Shown piece after piece: positions 47,139 to 57,534 of a stretch of 64,000 bases of DNA. Numbering within the stretch: the stretch's first letter is position 1; each line of letters begins with the position of its first letter. A program made the position numbers and the translations under genes. This stretch comes from Acidobacteriota bacterium (GTDB lineage: Bacteria; Acidobacteriota; UBA6911). The stretch lies in assembly GCA_963664705.1 (NCBI GenBank), contig OY761556.1:6016001-6080000 (forward strand), in the 5' to 3' direction. Under the pieces are notes generated by a model. That model did not search any database and had not been told where the DNA came from. It saw nothing but the letters and a program-made list of their open reading frames with translations.

Positions 47139-48029
47139 CTAGCTTTCGGCCAGCTTGACTCCGGCCAGAGCCTCGATAACGCCGATGACGGCGGCATTGT
47201 CCAATTCCGACATGCCCATCTGGAGCATGGCTTCAAAAAGCTGTGTGTTTGCGGCCGCCGACGGCATCGGGACGCCGTATTCCCGGGCGGTTTCAAGAAC
47301 GATATTCAAATCTTTTGCCTGCATGTAGGCTTTGAAACCCGGCTGGCGATTTCCGGAAAAGAGCCTCGGCGGCTTCACATCAAGCGTCCAGCATTGCGCC
47401 GCACCCCCCTTGATGGCGCTGATTACCTTTTGCGGATCGACTCCGGCCTTTTGCGAGAAGATAAGCAATTCAGCCATCGCCGTCATCTGTGCCGCGACCA
47501 TAATCTGATTGGCCGCCTTTGCGACCTGGCCGGCGCCGGCGTCGCCCACATGGGTAATAGTCTTTCCCATCGCCTTCAGAATCGGCCGGACAGTCTCCAG
47601 GGCCGCTTCACTTCCTCCCACCATGATGGTAAGGGTAGCATCGCGTGCTCCAATGTCACCGCCGCTGACAGGAGCATCCAGCGCCTGCACCCCTTTTTCG
47701 GCCAGCCGGGATGCGATCAGGCGGGCAACTGCCGGCTTGATGGTCGAGTTGTCGACGAAAACCAGGCCGCTCCGCGCCTGTTCAATAACGCCTTCGGGTC
47801 CCAGCGCGACCTTCTCCACGTCCGGGGAATCGGGCAGATTGGTGAAAACAACATCTGACCGGGCTGCCACTTCGGCAGCAGAGAAAGCCTCGGCGGCGCC
47901 CTCTGCAACGAGCTCTTTAACAGAAGCTCTGCTTCTGTTGTGCACAACAAGCGGGAATCCGCCCTTCAGGATGTTCCGTGCGATGGATTTCCCCATGATT
48001 CCCAGCCCAATATATCCGACTCTCAACAT
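47139..48029 (-). CDS. 2-hydroxy-3-oxopropionate reductase / beta-hydroxyacid dehydrogenase family
   Basis: GYIGLGIMG, DAPVSGG, KAANQ, KDL; AGGAG SD. Confidence 0.9.
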   Translation of the reverse strand: MLRVGYIGLGIMGKSIARNILKGGFPLVVHNRSRASVKELVAEGAAEAFSAAEVAARSDVVFTNLPDSPDVEKVALGPEGVIEQARSGLVFVDNSTIKPAVARLIASRLAEKGVQALDAPVSGGDIGARDATLTIMVGGSEAALETVRPILKAMGKTITHVGDAGAGQVAKAANQIMVAAQMTAMAELLIFSQKAGVDPQKVISAIKGGAAQCWTLDVKPPRLFSGNRQPGFKAYMQAKDLNIVLETAREYGVPMPSAAANTQLFEAMLQMGMSELDNAAVIGVIEALAGVKLAES

Positions 48030-48154
48030 AATCATCTCCTCGTTAAGCTGCTTTCCCGGCCTGCGATGCAAACGGGAGCGCACGCACATTCTCCAATTTT
48101 GACTCGATTGTCTGATACAATCAAAGCGCAGGAAAGCAGAAAAGGGGTTTTGTA

Positions 48155-49228
48155 ATGGATCGCAGCGAAATTTTGGGTTGGCTTCGTGAGACGGCGGAAA
48201 CCCGCCTGCAGGAGTTGTGGAGCAAAGCGGATTCAATGCGGCGTGCAATGGTTGGAGATGAGGTCCACTTGCGCGGGCTTATTGAGATCAGCAACCACTG
48301 TGTGCGCCAGTGCCGCTATTGCGGGATCAATGCCTGCGCCGCCGGTATCACACGGTACCGGATGTCTCACGGTGAGATTATTGCCTGCGCGCTCGAAGCC
48401 TCTCGTCTCGGCTACGGTTCCGTTGTCATGCAGGCTGGTGAGGATCCGGGCCTTACCAGGGATTTCGTATCGGGGCTCATCCGGGAAATCAAGCTGTCCA
48501 CGGGATTGGCCATAACGCTTTCTCTGGGTGAAAGAAGCGACGAGGATCTGCTGGCATGGAAGGATGCCGGTGCCAATCGATACCTTTTGCGGTTTGAAAC
48601 TTCGGACCCGTTCCTCTATGACCGCATCCACCCCTCCCTTCCCGGAAGAGTGTCAGACCGGTTTGCTCAGCTCGAGCGCATGCGGGACATGGGATATGAA
48701 ATCGGAACGGGCGTCATGGTTGGAATTCCCGGCCAGTCCTGGGAAACGTTGGCCCAGGATATCGATACCTTTCGCGGCTACGATATGGACATGATTGGAG
48801 TCGGTCCTTTTCTCCCCTCTCCGCACACTCCGCTGGGTGGATCTGAGGCGTCCGGCTTTTATCTGGAGCCTGATCGACAGGTCCCTAATGACGAACTGAC
48901 TACACTCAAAGTGGTGGCGCTGACGCGCCTTGTGTGTCCCGAGGCGAATATCCCTTCCACAACGGCCCTGGCAACCATTGACCCGGAATCCGGTCGCGAA
49001 CTGGGGCTCACACGAGGAGCCAACGTGGTGATGCCCAATGTGACTCCTCCGCAATACCGCGTTCTGTATGAAATCTACCCCGGGAAGGCTTGCGTTCATG
49101 AGACGGCAGCGGTTTGCTATAGCTGCATGGACCGGCGCATCCGCTCCATCGGACGGATTTTCGGGAAAGGACCCGGAGGAAGAAAAGACAGAGGGTTGGT
49201 AACGCTGACTGCTGGTCCCGCCAACTAA
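48155..49228 (+). CDS. hydE: [FeFe]-hydrogenase maturase HydE-type radical SAM protein
   Basis: LRGLIEISNHCVRQCRYCG, TLSLGE, RYLLRFET, NIPSTTAL, GANVVMPN, YEIYPGK. Confidence 0.88.
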   Translation: MDRSEILGWLRETAETRLQELWSKADSMRRAMVGDEVHLRGLIEISNHCVRQCRYCGINACAAGITRYRMSHGEIIACALEASRLGYGSVVMQAGEDPGLTRDFVSGLIREIKLSTGLAITLSLGERSDEDLLAWKDAGANRYLLRFETSDPFLYDRIHPSLPGRVSDRFAQLERMRDMGYEIGTGVMVGIPGQSWETLAQDIDTFRGYDMDMIGVGPFLPSPHTPLGGSEASGFYLEPDRQVPNDELTTLKVVALTRLVCPEANIPSTTALATIDPESGRELGLTRGANVVMPNVTPPQYRVLYEIYPGKACVHETAAVCYSCMDRRIRSIGRIFGKGPGGRKDRGLVTLTAGPAN

Positions 49229-49411
49229 AAACTAAGTTTCCGGTGAAAGTAAAGACTGCTGATAACTTGTGGTTGCGCGTGGATTTCTCATGCCTTCCGC
49301 GGATGCTTAGCATTCCTTAATAATGTTGAACTCCCTCGCCTCTCTGCATATACTTTTTTTGCACTTGTTTATTAAATCAAAAATCAAAACCAGGTATGAG
49401 GGGAGATCTCC

Positions 49412-51793
49412 ATGTACCAGATCGTCAAAAGAGAGCAGTTTGGTCCCGTTACGTTCCTATGGGAAGTTGTTGCGCCGGAGGTGGCGAAGGCATGCCAGCC
49501 CGGACATTTCGTCATGGTTCGCATGGACGAAACGGGCGAACGTATACCCTTGACGGTTGCGGACTTTGATCGCCGGAAGGGGACGGTGACCGTTGTCGTC
49601 CAGGCGGTGGGAAAGACGACACATCAAATGATGGCGCTGCCGGAGGGGGCTTCTGTGCTGGATTTTATCGGGCCTCTGGGGGTTGCTTCTCACCTGGAAA
49701 ATAGAAACAAGGTCGTGCTGGTGGGTGGTGGTTTGGGCGTTGCCCCGGTTTTTCCTCAATTGCGGCTGCATAAAGAACTCGGATCCTACACGATCTCCAT
49801 TATCGGATTCCGCAACAAGGATTTGATGTTCTGGGACGACAAGTTTTCCAAATACTCGGATGAATTCCGTGTCGCCACCGATGATGGCTCTTTTGGCACC
49901 AAGGGCTTTGTGACAGTTGTTCTCGCCGAGGTTTTGAAGGAGCACAAGGAAATTGGCGAGGTTATCGCGATCGGCCCGCTGCCGATGATGAAAGCATGCG
50001 CTGAATTGACGCGCCCGTATGGTATTCGCACCATGGTCAGCCTCAATTCCATTATGGTGGATGGAACGGGCATGTGCGGTTCGTGCCGTGTCACGATTGG
50101 CGACAAGATGAAATTTGCCTGCGTGGATGGGCCGGACTTTGATGGGCATCTGGTGAATTTTGATGAATTGATGCTGCGGCAAAAGCGTTTTGAGTGCGAG
50201 GAAAAAGGATGCTTGCAGCGTTTTGAGGATGAGCGCAAACGGCTGGCCGCGCTGGGTCAGGGTGGCTCCAATCCTGCCGTCCCGGTGGCGCGCAAGCGGC
50301 CCTCTTTAGAGGATCTGTCCACGGTTCCGGATGTACTTCCCTCTTCGACGGAACGGCTGGTGAAAAATATCCGGACAATTGCACCAACGCGAACCTCAAT
50401 GCCGGAGCAGGATGCGGAGGCGCGAGCGAAAAATTTCGAAGAGGTAGCGCTGGGATACACCTTGGAAATGGCGCTGGCTGAAGCGGACCGGTGCCTGCAG
50501 TGCAAGAAGCCAAAATGCGTGGCCGGCTGTCCGGTGGGAATCGATATCCCCGGGTTCATCACCGCATTGTCGCGCAGAGATCTCAAGGAATCATACCGCG
50601 TTCTCAAGAACTCCAATGCATTGCCGGCGGTCTGCGGCCGCGTATGCCCGCAGGAGGTACAGTGCGAGGCAACGTGCGTGGTCGGAAACAAACTCGAGCC
50701 GGTTGCCATTGGAAGACTGGAGCGGTTTGTCGCCGATTTTGCCGTGGGGCGCGGCTGGGATAAGGCGCTGGACAAGAACGCATCGGGCAAGAGAGCGGCC
50801 GTCATCGGATCGGGTCCTGCTAGCCTCGCATGCGCGGGTGATCTGGTCAAAGCCGGCGTAGATGTTACCGTGTATGAAGCGCTGCACGTTGCCGGCGGAG
50901 TTCTCAAATATGGAATCCCCGAATTCCGTCTCCCGAACGATATCATCGATGTGGAGATCGAGGCTCTTGCCAAGCTGGGAGTAAAGTTTGAGCTGGACTG
51001 CATCATCGGGAAGCTGTTTACGATTCCGCAACTGTTGAACGAAATGGGCTACGATGCGGTGTTTATCGCAACTGGAGCCGGGAGTCCCAAGTTTATGGGA
51101 ATTCCGGGCGAAGCCTATAATGGCGTTGTTTCAGCCAACGAGCTGTTGACGCGCATCAACTTGATGCAGGGATTCCGGCAGCCTCTTTATGATACTCCCG
51201 TGGGGATGGGCAAGAAGGTTGCGGTCATCGGTGCCGGAAATACGGCCATGGATGCTCTGCGCGTTTCCATGCGCATGGGAGCAGAGAAAGTTTATCTGGT
51301 TTACCGCAGGAGCATTAAGGAGTCCCCGGCGAGAGCGGAGGAATTGCATCACGCCATCGAGGAGGGAATCATCGCTAAATGGCTCACAAATCCTGTCCGC
51401 ATTCTCGGGAGTGAGGATGGATGGGTAACGGGGATGGAAGTGATCGAGATGGAACTTGGCGAGCCCGACGCGTCCGGACGCCGAAGCCCGGTGCCTAAAA
51501 AAGGATCTGAATATGTTTTGGATGTAGATATGGTTGTATATGCCTTGGGTACGTCGGCAAATCCGATCATTGCGCAGAGCACGCCTGGTTTGAAGACCAA
51601 TCGATGGGGTTATATTGAAATAGACGAGAAGACCGGGATGTCCTCTGTTCCCGGCGTTTTTGCAGGCGGCGATATTGTGACCGGATCGGCTACGGTGATC
51701 CTGGCCATGGGTGCCGGCCGCAGGGCTGCCCGCGGGATGCTGCAATATATGGGTTTGTTGCCGGCCGGCGATGTAGTCCTTTCGGAGGGATAA
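49412..51793 (+). CDS. Fused NfnA-NfnB (NADH-dependent ferredoxin:NADP+ oxidoreductase / Sud / GltD-like)
   Basis: N-half GERIPLTVAD, GGGLGVAP, MVDGTGMCGSCRV, CVDGPDF; C-half RCLQCK..C..GCP, CGRVCPQE.QCE, GIPEFRLP, GAGNTAMD, AGGDIVTG. Confidence 0.9.
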   Translation: MYQIVKREQFGPVTFLWEVVAPEVAKACQPGHFVMVRMDETGERIPLTVADFDRRKGTVTVVVQAVGKTTHQMMALPEGASVLDFIGPLGVASHLENRNKVVLVGGGLGVAPVFPQLRLHKELGSYTISIIGFRNKDLMFWDDKFSKYSDEFRVATDDGSFGTKGFVTVVLAEVLKEHKEIGEVIAIGPLPMMKACAELTRPYGIRTMVSLNSIMVDGTGMCGSCRVTIGDKMKFACVDGPDFDGHLVNFDELMLRQKRFECEEKGCLQRFEDERKRLAALGQGGSNPAVPVARKRPSLEDLSTVPDVLPSSTERLVKNIRTIAPTRTSMPEQDAEARAKNFEEVALGYTLEMALAEADRCLQCKKPKCVAGCPVGIDIPGFITALSRRDLKESYRVLKNSNALPAVCGRVCPQEVQCEATCVVGNKLEPVAIGRLERFVADFAVGRGWDKALDKNASGKRAAVIGSGPASLACAGDLVKAGVDVTVYEALHVAGGVLKYGIPEFRLPNDIIDVEIEALAKLGVKFELDCIIGKLFTIPQLLNEMGYDAVFIATGAGSPKFMGIPGEAYNGVVSANELLTRINLMQGFRQPLYDTPVGMGKKVAVIGAGNTAMDALRVSMRMGAEKVYLVYRRSIKESPARAEELHHAIEEGIIAKWLTNPVRILGSEDGWVTGMEVIEMELGEPDASGRRSPVPKKGSEYVLDVDMVVYALGTSANPIIAQSTPGLKTNRWGYIEIDEKTGMSSVPGVFAGGDIVTGSATVILAMGAGRRAARGMLQYMGLLPAGDVVLSEG

Positions 51794-51858
51794 CCTCAGA
51801 ATGTCGTTGCTGCTCCGGTCAGCTCAGGAGGTATTAAAAGCAATCCAGCCGAAAAATA

Positions 51859-51914
51859 AAACGCCACGAATTACGCAAAGTTCGCGAAGCGTATTCGTGT
51901 AATTCGTGGCGTTT
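51859..51914. repeat. ACGCCACGAATT nonamer palindrome
   Basis: AAACGCCACGAATTAC...GTAATTCGTGGCGTTT, 16-bp perfect arms. Confidence 0.85.
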
Positions 51915-52171
51915 GCTCCACTGTTTTTCCTCAAAACAACGATAACCAATCCTTATCACCCACCAGTGACTCATTAGTTTTTCTTGAATGCATCCGATCA
52001 GGAGAGTATCGTGTTTATGTCCGTATAGCGCGGATGCATAGCATTGCTGAGATGTTGAGCCCGTTTCCAGCCGCCATGGGAGCTGCTTTTCGCAAACATC
52101 TCGGAGATGGGCACACGGATGAGAAGCCGGGAATGTCGGCTCTTCATGTTCATAATCAGAAGGAGGGAATA

Positions 52172-53560
52172 ATGGCCATCAAATCAGAGGATCCTACCTC
52201 ACAACCGGAATCATCAAAGTCAAAGAAGGTCACGAAGGAGGAGTTGCTTGCCAAGGCATATAAACCTGCCGAAGATGCAATGAAACTGCATCCGTTCTAC
52301 AAGGGCAAGCTGGAAACTTCTCCAAAGTGCTGCATTCGCGACTTTGATGACTTCGCTATCTGGTATACCCCGGGTGTCGCCGAGGTCTGCAAAGACATCT
52401 ACAATCACCCCGAGAAGGTGTACGAGCACACCAACAAAGGGAATACGGTTGCCGTTGTCACGGACGGCACACGCATCCTGGGCCTGGGAGATATCGGTCC
52501 GGAAGCCGGCATGCCTGTTATGGAAGGGAAGGGCATTCTGTACAAGTACCTTGGTGGCGTGGATGCATTCCCGATCTGTCTCGACACCAAGGACCCGGAA
52601 GAAATCATCCGAACGGTGGAGTTGCTGCAACCCTCCTTTGGCGGAATCAATCTGGAAGACATTGCCCAGCCGAAATGCTTCTACATTCTGGCGGAGCTGC
52701 GGCGCCGCTGCAAAATCCCTGTATGGCATGATGATCAGCAGGGGACGGCAACGGTTTGCCTGGCCGGTCTTATCAATGCGCTGAAAGTGGTGGGAAAGCG
52801 GATTGAGGATGTCAAGATCACGCTGGTAGGTTCTGGCGCGGCAAATATCCGAATCGGTTCTTTGTATATGGCCTATGGCGCGAAGCCCGGCAACCTGATC
52901 TTTGTCGACAGCAAAGGGACGCTGCACAAGGGGCGCACGGAACTGCAAAAGACGCACAAAGAAAAATGGATGATGTGCCAGGAGACGAATAAGAACCAGT
53001 TGGTGGGAGGCATCGAGGAGGCCATGCGTGGAGCCGATATTGTGTCGGCCGCCTCAACGCCGGGCCCGGATACGCTGAAAAAAGAATGGGTCGCACAAAT
53101 GGCGAAGGATCCGATTGTATTCACTACGGCCAATCCGATTCCTGAAATGTGGCCATGGGATGCGCACGAAGCGGGTGCGGTGGTTGTGGGAACGGGACGA
53201 TCGGATTTTCCCAACCAGATCAACAACTCCCTTGGATTTCCCGGGATCTTCAGGGGAGCATTGGACGTGGCGGCTACGACGATAACGGATCAAATGTGCA
53301 TCGCCGCGGCGGTAGAACTCGCGAAATGTGCCGAGGACAAGGGGCTGCGTCCGGACTACATCATTCCCAAAATGGATGAGCCGGATGTTTTTGTCCGAGA
53401 AGCCGTGGCCGTAGGGTTGAAGGCCATTGAACAGGGTGTTGCCCGCAAAACCCTGACGCGGGATCAGTTGTATCGCCTGGCAGAGATGATGATTTATCGC
53501 GCCCGGAGCGAGACTCAGGTCAAGATGAAAGAAAAGGTTATTCCTGAGGCTCCGGAGTAA
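52172..53560 (+). CDS. NAD(P)-dependent malic enzyme
   Basis: WYTPGVA, VTDGTRILGLGDIG, PVMEGK, GGINLEDI, HDDQQGTA, TGRSDFPNQINN; AAGGAGG SD. Confidence 0.94.
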   Translation: MAIKSEDPTSQPESSKSKKVTKEELLAKAYKPAEDAMKLHPFYKGKLETSPKCCIRDFDDFAIWYTPGVAEVCKDIYNHPEKVYEHTNKGNTVAVVTDGTRILGLGDIGPEAGMPVMEGKGILYKYLGGVDAFPICLDTKDPEEIIRTVELLQPSFGGINLEDIAQPKCFYILAELRRRCKIPVWHDDQQGTATVCLAGLINALKVVGKRIEDVKITLVGSGAANIRIGSLYMAYGAKPGNLIFVDSKGTLHKGRTELQKTHKEKWMMCQETNKNQLVGGIEEAMRGADIVSAASTPGPDTLKKEWVAQMAKDPIVFTTANPIPEMWPWDAHEAGAVVVGTGRSDFPNQINNSLGFPGIFRGALDVAATTITDQMCIAAAVELAKCAEDKGLRPDYIIPKMDEPDVFVREAVAVGLKAIEQGVARKTLTRDQLYRLAEMMIYRARSETQVKMKEKVIPEAPE

Positions 53561-53661
53561 GGCTCCAGTTTCTGTCGCAGGGTATTGCAATCCTACCGGC
53601 GACCGTGTGATTTCATTGGGAGTGCCAGGCACTCCGGTGTATGATCAAAGCATAATAAAGG

Positions 53662-53701
53662 AAAGGGGACGTTTCACCCATGTGAAGCGTCCCCTTTTTT
53701 T
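53662..53701 (+). terminator. Rho-independent terminator
   Basis: AAAGGGGACGTTTCAC-CCAT-GTGAAGCGTCCCCTTTTTT. Confidence 0.75.
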
Positions 53702-53714
53702 AAATGGAGCTATC

Positions 53715-55268
53715 ATGTTTTTTGAAGATCCGATTCGCACGATCGATGTGGAGCTGCCGGCCGGCTGGAGTTACAACGTTTTTGAGTCAACCTTGACCGA
53801 CTTTTATTTCACTCGCTGGGATTGCCCCAGCGAAATCGTCGGCGTCCATGTCAGACCGGCTTCCGTGCCGCAGGACGAGCCGAATGAGAGCTGGATTCAA
53901 CAGATTCAGTCTCATGTCGGCGAAAAAGTTGTTTTGACTCCGGGTGAACTGGAGACCGGCTGCATCCTGGTTGCCAATTTCGGATCCGATCAAGGACCTG
54001 CCCAGCGCGTTGCCTTTATTCGCGGGCCGAAGGTTGAGTTGGTGGTCGAACAGCGGTCGCTCGAACGGCAACCCGATCGGTGGGCTCCTCTGGAACTCGC
54101 TGCCCGGACAGTCGTTTCCGCGGTGAACTTTGGCAAATTCAAAGGTTCCGGCGTTGAGGAATTCAACCAGTGCATGGATAACGCCAATCAGGCGCTGGGC
54201 AAACAGGACTTTCCCGCGGTAATCACTGCGCTCCAGCAGGCAATCGATATTGGAACGTTCGCCTGGTTGTATAGCCTGGCCCCGCCGGTCAATTCACCGG
54301 ATCTGAATGCGGCGGTGCGCGTGGCCCAGGCGATGATGCATGCCGCCGGCATTACCGGCGATTCGTTGATGCAGCGGAATTCCGAATGTGTCCTGCGCAG
54401 AAGTTTGTGCACCCTGGAGCGGATGGAGTCTTCGGATGAAGTCGAAAGAATGAAGAAGGATCTGACCCAGGCGCTGGATCTCATGATTGCCGAGCTGCTC
54501 GATAGGACGGAGGAAAAGGCTTCGGGTGCCGTTTCGCCGGTACTTGCGATGCGCGAGCGGGCTTTCCGCTCCATCCGGTTTGCAGAAGATGCATTGAGTG
54601 GACCGGATTTTGAGAATGCTTATAATCTTTCGGGCCTGGCGGCGGATGATCTGATTGCGCTTCTTTCGCTATTTCGCAGGCCTCAGGCTCAGCCGGAGGA
54701 GATTCCAGAGGAGATTGCGGCTCATCTGGTCGGCCAGGGCATCACCGATCCCGCCGCGCAAAGAGAAACATTGCGCAAAGCGCGGGAATCCTTTCTTTTA
54801 CCACCGCTCGTTTCGGCTCTCCAGCTTCGCTTCTGCTGCGCCCTCCAGCTGGGGACCTTTGGCTTCACCGATGCCGCTGAAACCCTGCTTCCCATCGCGC
54901 GGCTGTTGCACAGCGAAAATCCGGACGATTCGGGAATTGCAATGAACCTGGCTTTGTCATGGACGCTTTGTGCCGGTGCGGCAATTCTCCAATCCGGAGA
55001 TCAATCCATAAAGAATACGGAGCAGTATCTCGGCAATGCCGAACAGGTGCTCGGTTCGATTGTGGATGCAAGTGGGGCCGATACTGGGTGGATTCGATTC
55101 CAGGATCGCCATTTTGAGGGGATATTGCAGGCTCTTCAGAGACGATTGGCCCGCTTGGAGGAGGAGGAACACTCTGACGAGAGAAAAGTATTGGCCGGCA
55201 TCTGCTCCCGGTTTGAGAAACTCTCGGCAGAATTCCGGCACAGAGCAGGTGCTGCCCCGGCCAAGTAG
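53715..55268 (+). CDS. Hypothetical protein (small alpha/beta N-domain plus helical C-region)
   Basis: Long ORF, GGAG SD before ATG 53715; no recognised catalytic motif. Confidence 0.7.
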   Translation: MFFEDPIRTIDVELPAGWSYNVFESTLTDFYFTRWDCPSEIVGVHVRPASVPQDEPNESWIQQIQSHVGEKVVLTPGELETGCILVANFGSDQGPAQRVAFIRGPKVELVVEQRSLERQPDRWAPLELAARTVVSAVNFGKFKGSGVEEFNQCMDNANQALGKQDFPAVITALQQAIDIGTFAWLYSLAPPVNSPDLNAAVRVAQAMMHAAGITGDSLMQRNSECVLRRSLCTLERMESSDEVERMKKDLTQALDLMIAELLDRTEEKASGAVSPVLAMRERAFRSIRFAEDALSGPDFENAYNLSGLAADDLIALLSLFRRPQAQPEEIPEEIAAHLVGQGITDPAAQRETLRKARESFLLPPLVSALQLRFCCALQLGTFGFTDAAETLLPIARLLHSENPDDSGIAMNLALSWTLCAGAAILQSGDQSIKNTEQYLGNAEQVLGSIVDASGADTGWIRFQDRHFEGILQALQRRLARLEEEEHSDERKVLAGICSRFEKLSAEFRHRAGAAPAK

Positions 55269-55346
55269 CGTAACCGGTTGCCTCTTTCCACATGCAGCAA
55301 CCTGTTCGCCTGTTCGTGGGCGTGATTCTGTTCTCGGAGGTTGCAC

Positions 55347-56312
55347 ATGAACCCAGACGTCGTCCGAGCCATTCCCGAAATGGTTGAGTCCGGGATTTTG
55401 GAGGATGAAAAAGCCTTAACGCTGCTCCGTATTGCACGCGGCGAACTGTTGTCCGTTCACGCAGAAATTCGATTTCTGTTTTACCTGGGTGTCCTGGCCT
55501 GCACCGCGGGCGCCGGGTTCCTGATCAGTGACAACTATAGGCAGATCGGTCCGCTTGCCGTCGCCCTTTTTATTGGCGCGGCTGCCGCGTCCAGTTTCGG
55601 ACTGGCGGTCCGGAAAGCGCCTCCTTTTTCCTGGGGCGAAGTCCCGTCTCCGTCGATCGCCTTTGATTACCTGCTTTTGTTGGGCGTGCTCCTTGGAGCC
55701 GCAGATCTTGCCTTCATCGAAGTTCAATGCACGAACCTGGGCGCGCATTGGCCCTGGCATTTGCTGATCACTGCCATCCTTATGGCTGGCATCGCAATCC
55801 GTTATGATTCACGCACGGTCTTTTCGCTGGCTCTTTCCACTTTTGCCGCCTGGCGCGGAGTGTCGGTATCTCTGATTGAGGTGTCTCTCTGGCGTTTTTC
55901 CAGCGAGCCTTTGCGGTCAAATGCAATTGCCTGCGGCATCCTTTTTATTGCCCTGGGCCACTACTTGCTGCGGACGCATCGGAAGCCGCATTTCGAGCCC
56001 GCGGCTGCCTACCTCGGATGGCTGCTTGTCCTGAGCGCATTTGTCTATGGCGGATCGGTGAGAGGAGTGGAGGGAGCTGTCTATATTTTTCTGCTTCTTG
56101 CAACCAGCAGCGTGTTGGCCTGGCATTCCTTCAGGCAGAGGAGGTTTCCGCTGTTCACGGTTGGCGTCGTAGCCGCTTTTATTGCGCTCCTGGAGATCGT
56201 GTCGAAATGCCGGCTCGGATTTGAATTGGCCGCTCTTGCAACCTGTGCCATTGCGGTTGTGATGATCATCTTTCTCTGGAAAACGCATCGCACCATGAGG
56301 GGGTCCTTATGA
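55347..56312 (+). CDS. DUF2157-type membrane protein
   Basis: LSVHAEIRFLFYLGVL, FDYLLLLG; many TM segments; GGAGG SD. Confidence 0.75.
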   Translation: MNPDVVRAIPEMVESGILEDEKALTLLRIARGELLSVHAEIRFLFYLGVLACTAGAGFLISDNYRQIGPLAVALFIGAAAASSFGLAVRKAPPFSWGEVPSPSIAFDYLLLLGVLLGAADLAFIEVQCTNLGAHWPWHLLITAILMAGIAIRYDSRTVFSLALSTFAAWRGVSVSLIEVSLWRFSSEPLRSNAIACGILFIALGHYLLRTHRKPHFEPAAAYLGWLLVLSAFVYGGSVRGVEGAVYIFLLLATSSVLAWHSFRQRRFPLFTVGVVAAFIALLEIVSKCRLGFELAALATCAIAVVMIIFLWKTHRTMRGSL

Positions 56313-57463
56313 GGCGGGCGGCAATCCTGGCGGATCGAAGGCAGGCGGTAAGAGATGCAGCAAGAGATTGGGTTAAGTCCGGCTGGATGGATGAAAACGC
56401 CTTTGCCAAAGTGGAGCAGCTTTATCCCGATGACCGCGTGCGCACCGGCCCTGCGTTCCGCATTCTTTTCTTTGTTTTGACCTTAGCCGCAATTGCCGCC
56501 TTCCTCGGAGCATTTTACAGCCAGATTAACCATGCTGAGACGGCGGCCTTGTTTGCCCTGGTTGTTGGGGGGATCTGTGTTGTTGCGACTGAATATCTGG
56601 TTAATGAATCCAGGCGCCGGCAGGGTGGAATAGAAGCGGCCGTTTCGGTTGCAGCTACAGCCAACCTGATGGTTGGCGCAACAGTGCTTGTTCTGGAGTC
56701 CTGGAGAACCGGCCGTGTTGTCGAGGTCCTGCTGTTTCTTCTCTGTGGATTGCTCTTGGGCGCGGCAGCCTGGATCTGGGGATACTGGCCCTACGCAGCG
56801 CTTGCATCCGCATCCATTTTCGGCGCGGCAATCAGTATGTCGGACGGGAAATTTGTATATCTGGTTGTTGCTGCTGCAGCCTGCGGCGGGATGATTCCCC
56901 TGGGTAATTCGGCAAAGCTGCCTCCTTCTTTAAGAAGGTCCTTTATTGCCTTCTCCGCTGTTGCGATAGCGGCACTATATGCGGGAGTAAGTGTTTTCCT
57001 GTTCGACAAGCATTTTTTTATATCGTATCCGTATGTGGATCCCTTTCCCCGATGGCTGTCGATTGTGTTGACCGGCTTGGTGCCGTGCGCTGTTTTTCTG
57101 ATCGGGCTGCTCAGAAAACAGAGGTTGCTCATAGTTTTGGGGTTTGGGCTCGGGCTTTTGTCTTTGGTCACCCTGAGAGCCTATGTGCACGTGGCGCCTG
57201 TCTGGGTTGTTCTTTCCGCATCCGGAATTGCGTTAATGGCCGGTGCGGCAGCTTTGCGCCACTACCTTGATTCCGGGCCGGGTTCGGAACGCAATGGATA
57301 TACCGCACGCCCGCTGACCGGGCAGCCGGAAAGACTGCGCGCGGCCGAAATCATCACAACTTTGGGAATGGCGACCCCGCAGACAACTGCCCCGGCGGAG
57401 CATTCGGAGTTCCACGGGAAAGGCGGTGAGTTTGGCGGCGGCGGTGCGTCCGGCAAATTTTAA
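56309..57463 (+). CDS. Polytopic membrane protein, partner of the DUF2157 gene
   Basis: ATGA overlap; many TM segments; C-terminal GKGGEFGGGGASGKF. Confidence 0.75.
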   Translation: MRRAAILADRRQAVRDAARDWVKSGWMDENAFAKVEQLYPDDRVRTGPAFRILFFVLTLAAIAAFLGAFYSQINHAETAALFALVVGGICVVATEYLVNESRRRQGGIEAAVSVAATANLMVGATVLVLESWRTGRVVEVLLFLLCGLLLGAAAWIWGYWPYAALASASIFGAAISMSDGKFVYLVVAAAACGGMIPLGNSAKLPPSLRRSFIAFSAVAIAALYAGVSVFLFDKHFFISYPYVDPFPRWLSIVLTGLVPCAVFLIGLLRKQRLLIVLGFGLGLLSLVTLRAYVHVAPVWVVLSASGIALMAGAAALRHYLDSGPGSERNGYTARPLTGQPERLRAAEIITTLGMATPQTTAPAEHSEFHGKGGEFGGGGASGKF

Positions 57464-57534
57464 GTCCTCTCGAAAGCCGGCCAGTTTCGAGAATGGATAC
57501 CGCTGGATCGAGCAGACAATATAAAAGAGCTTTC

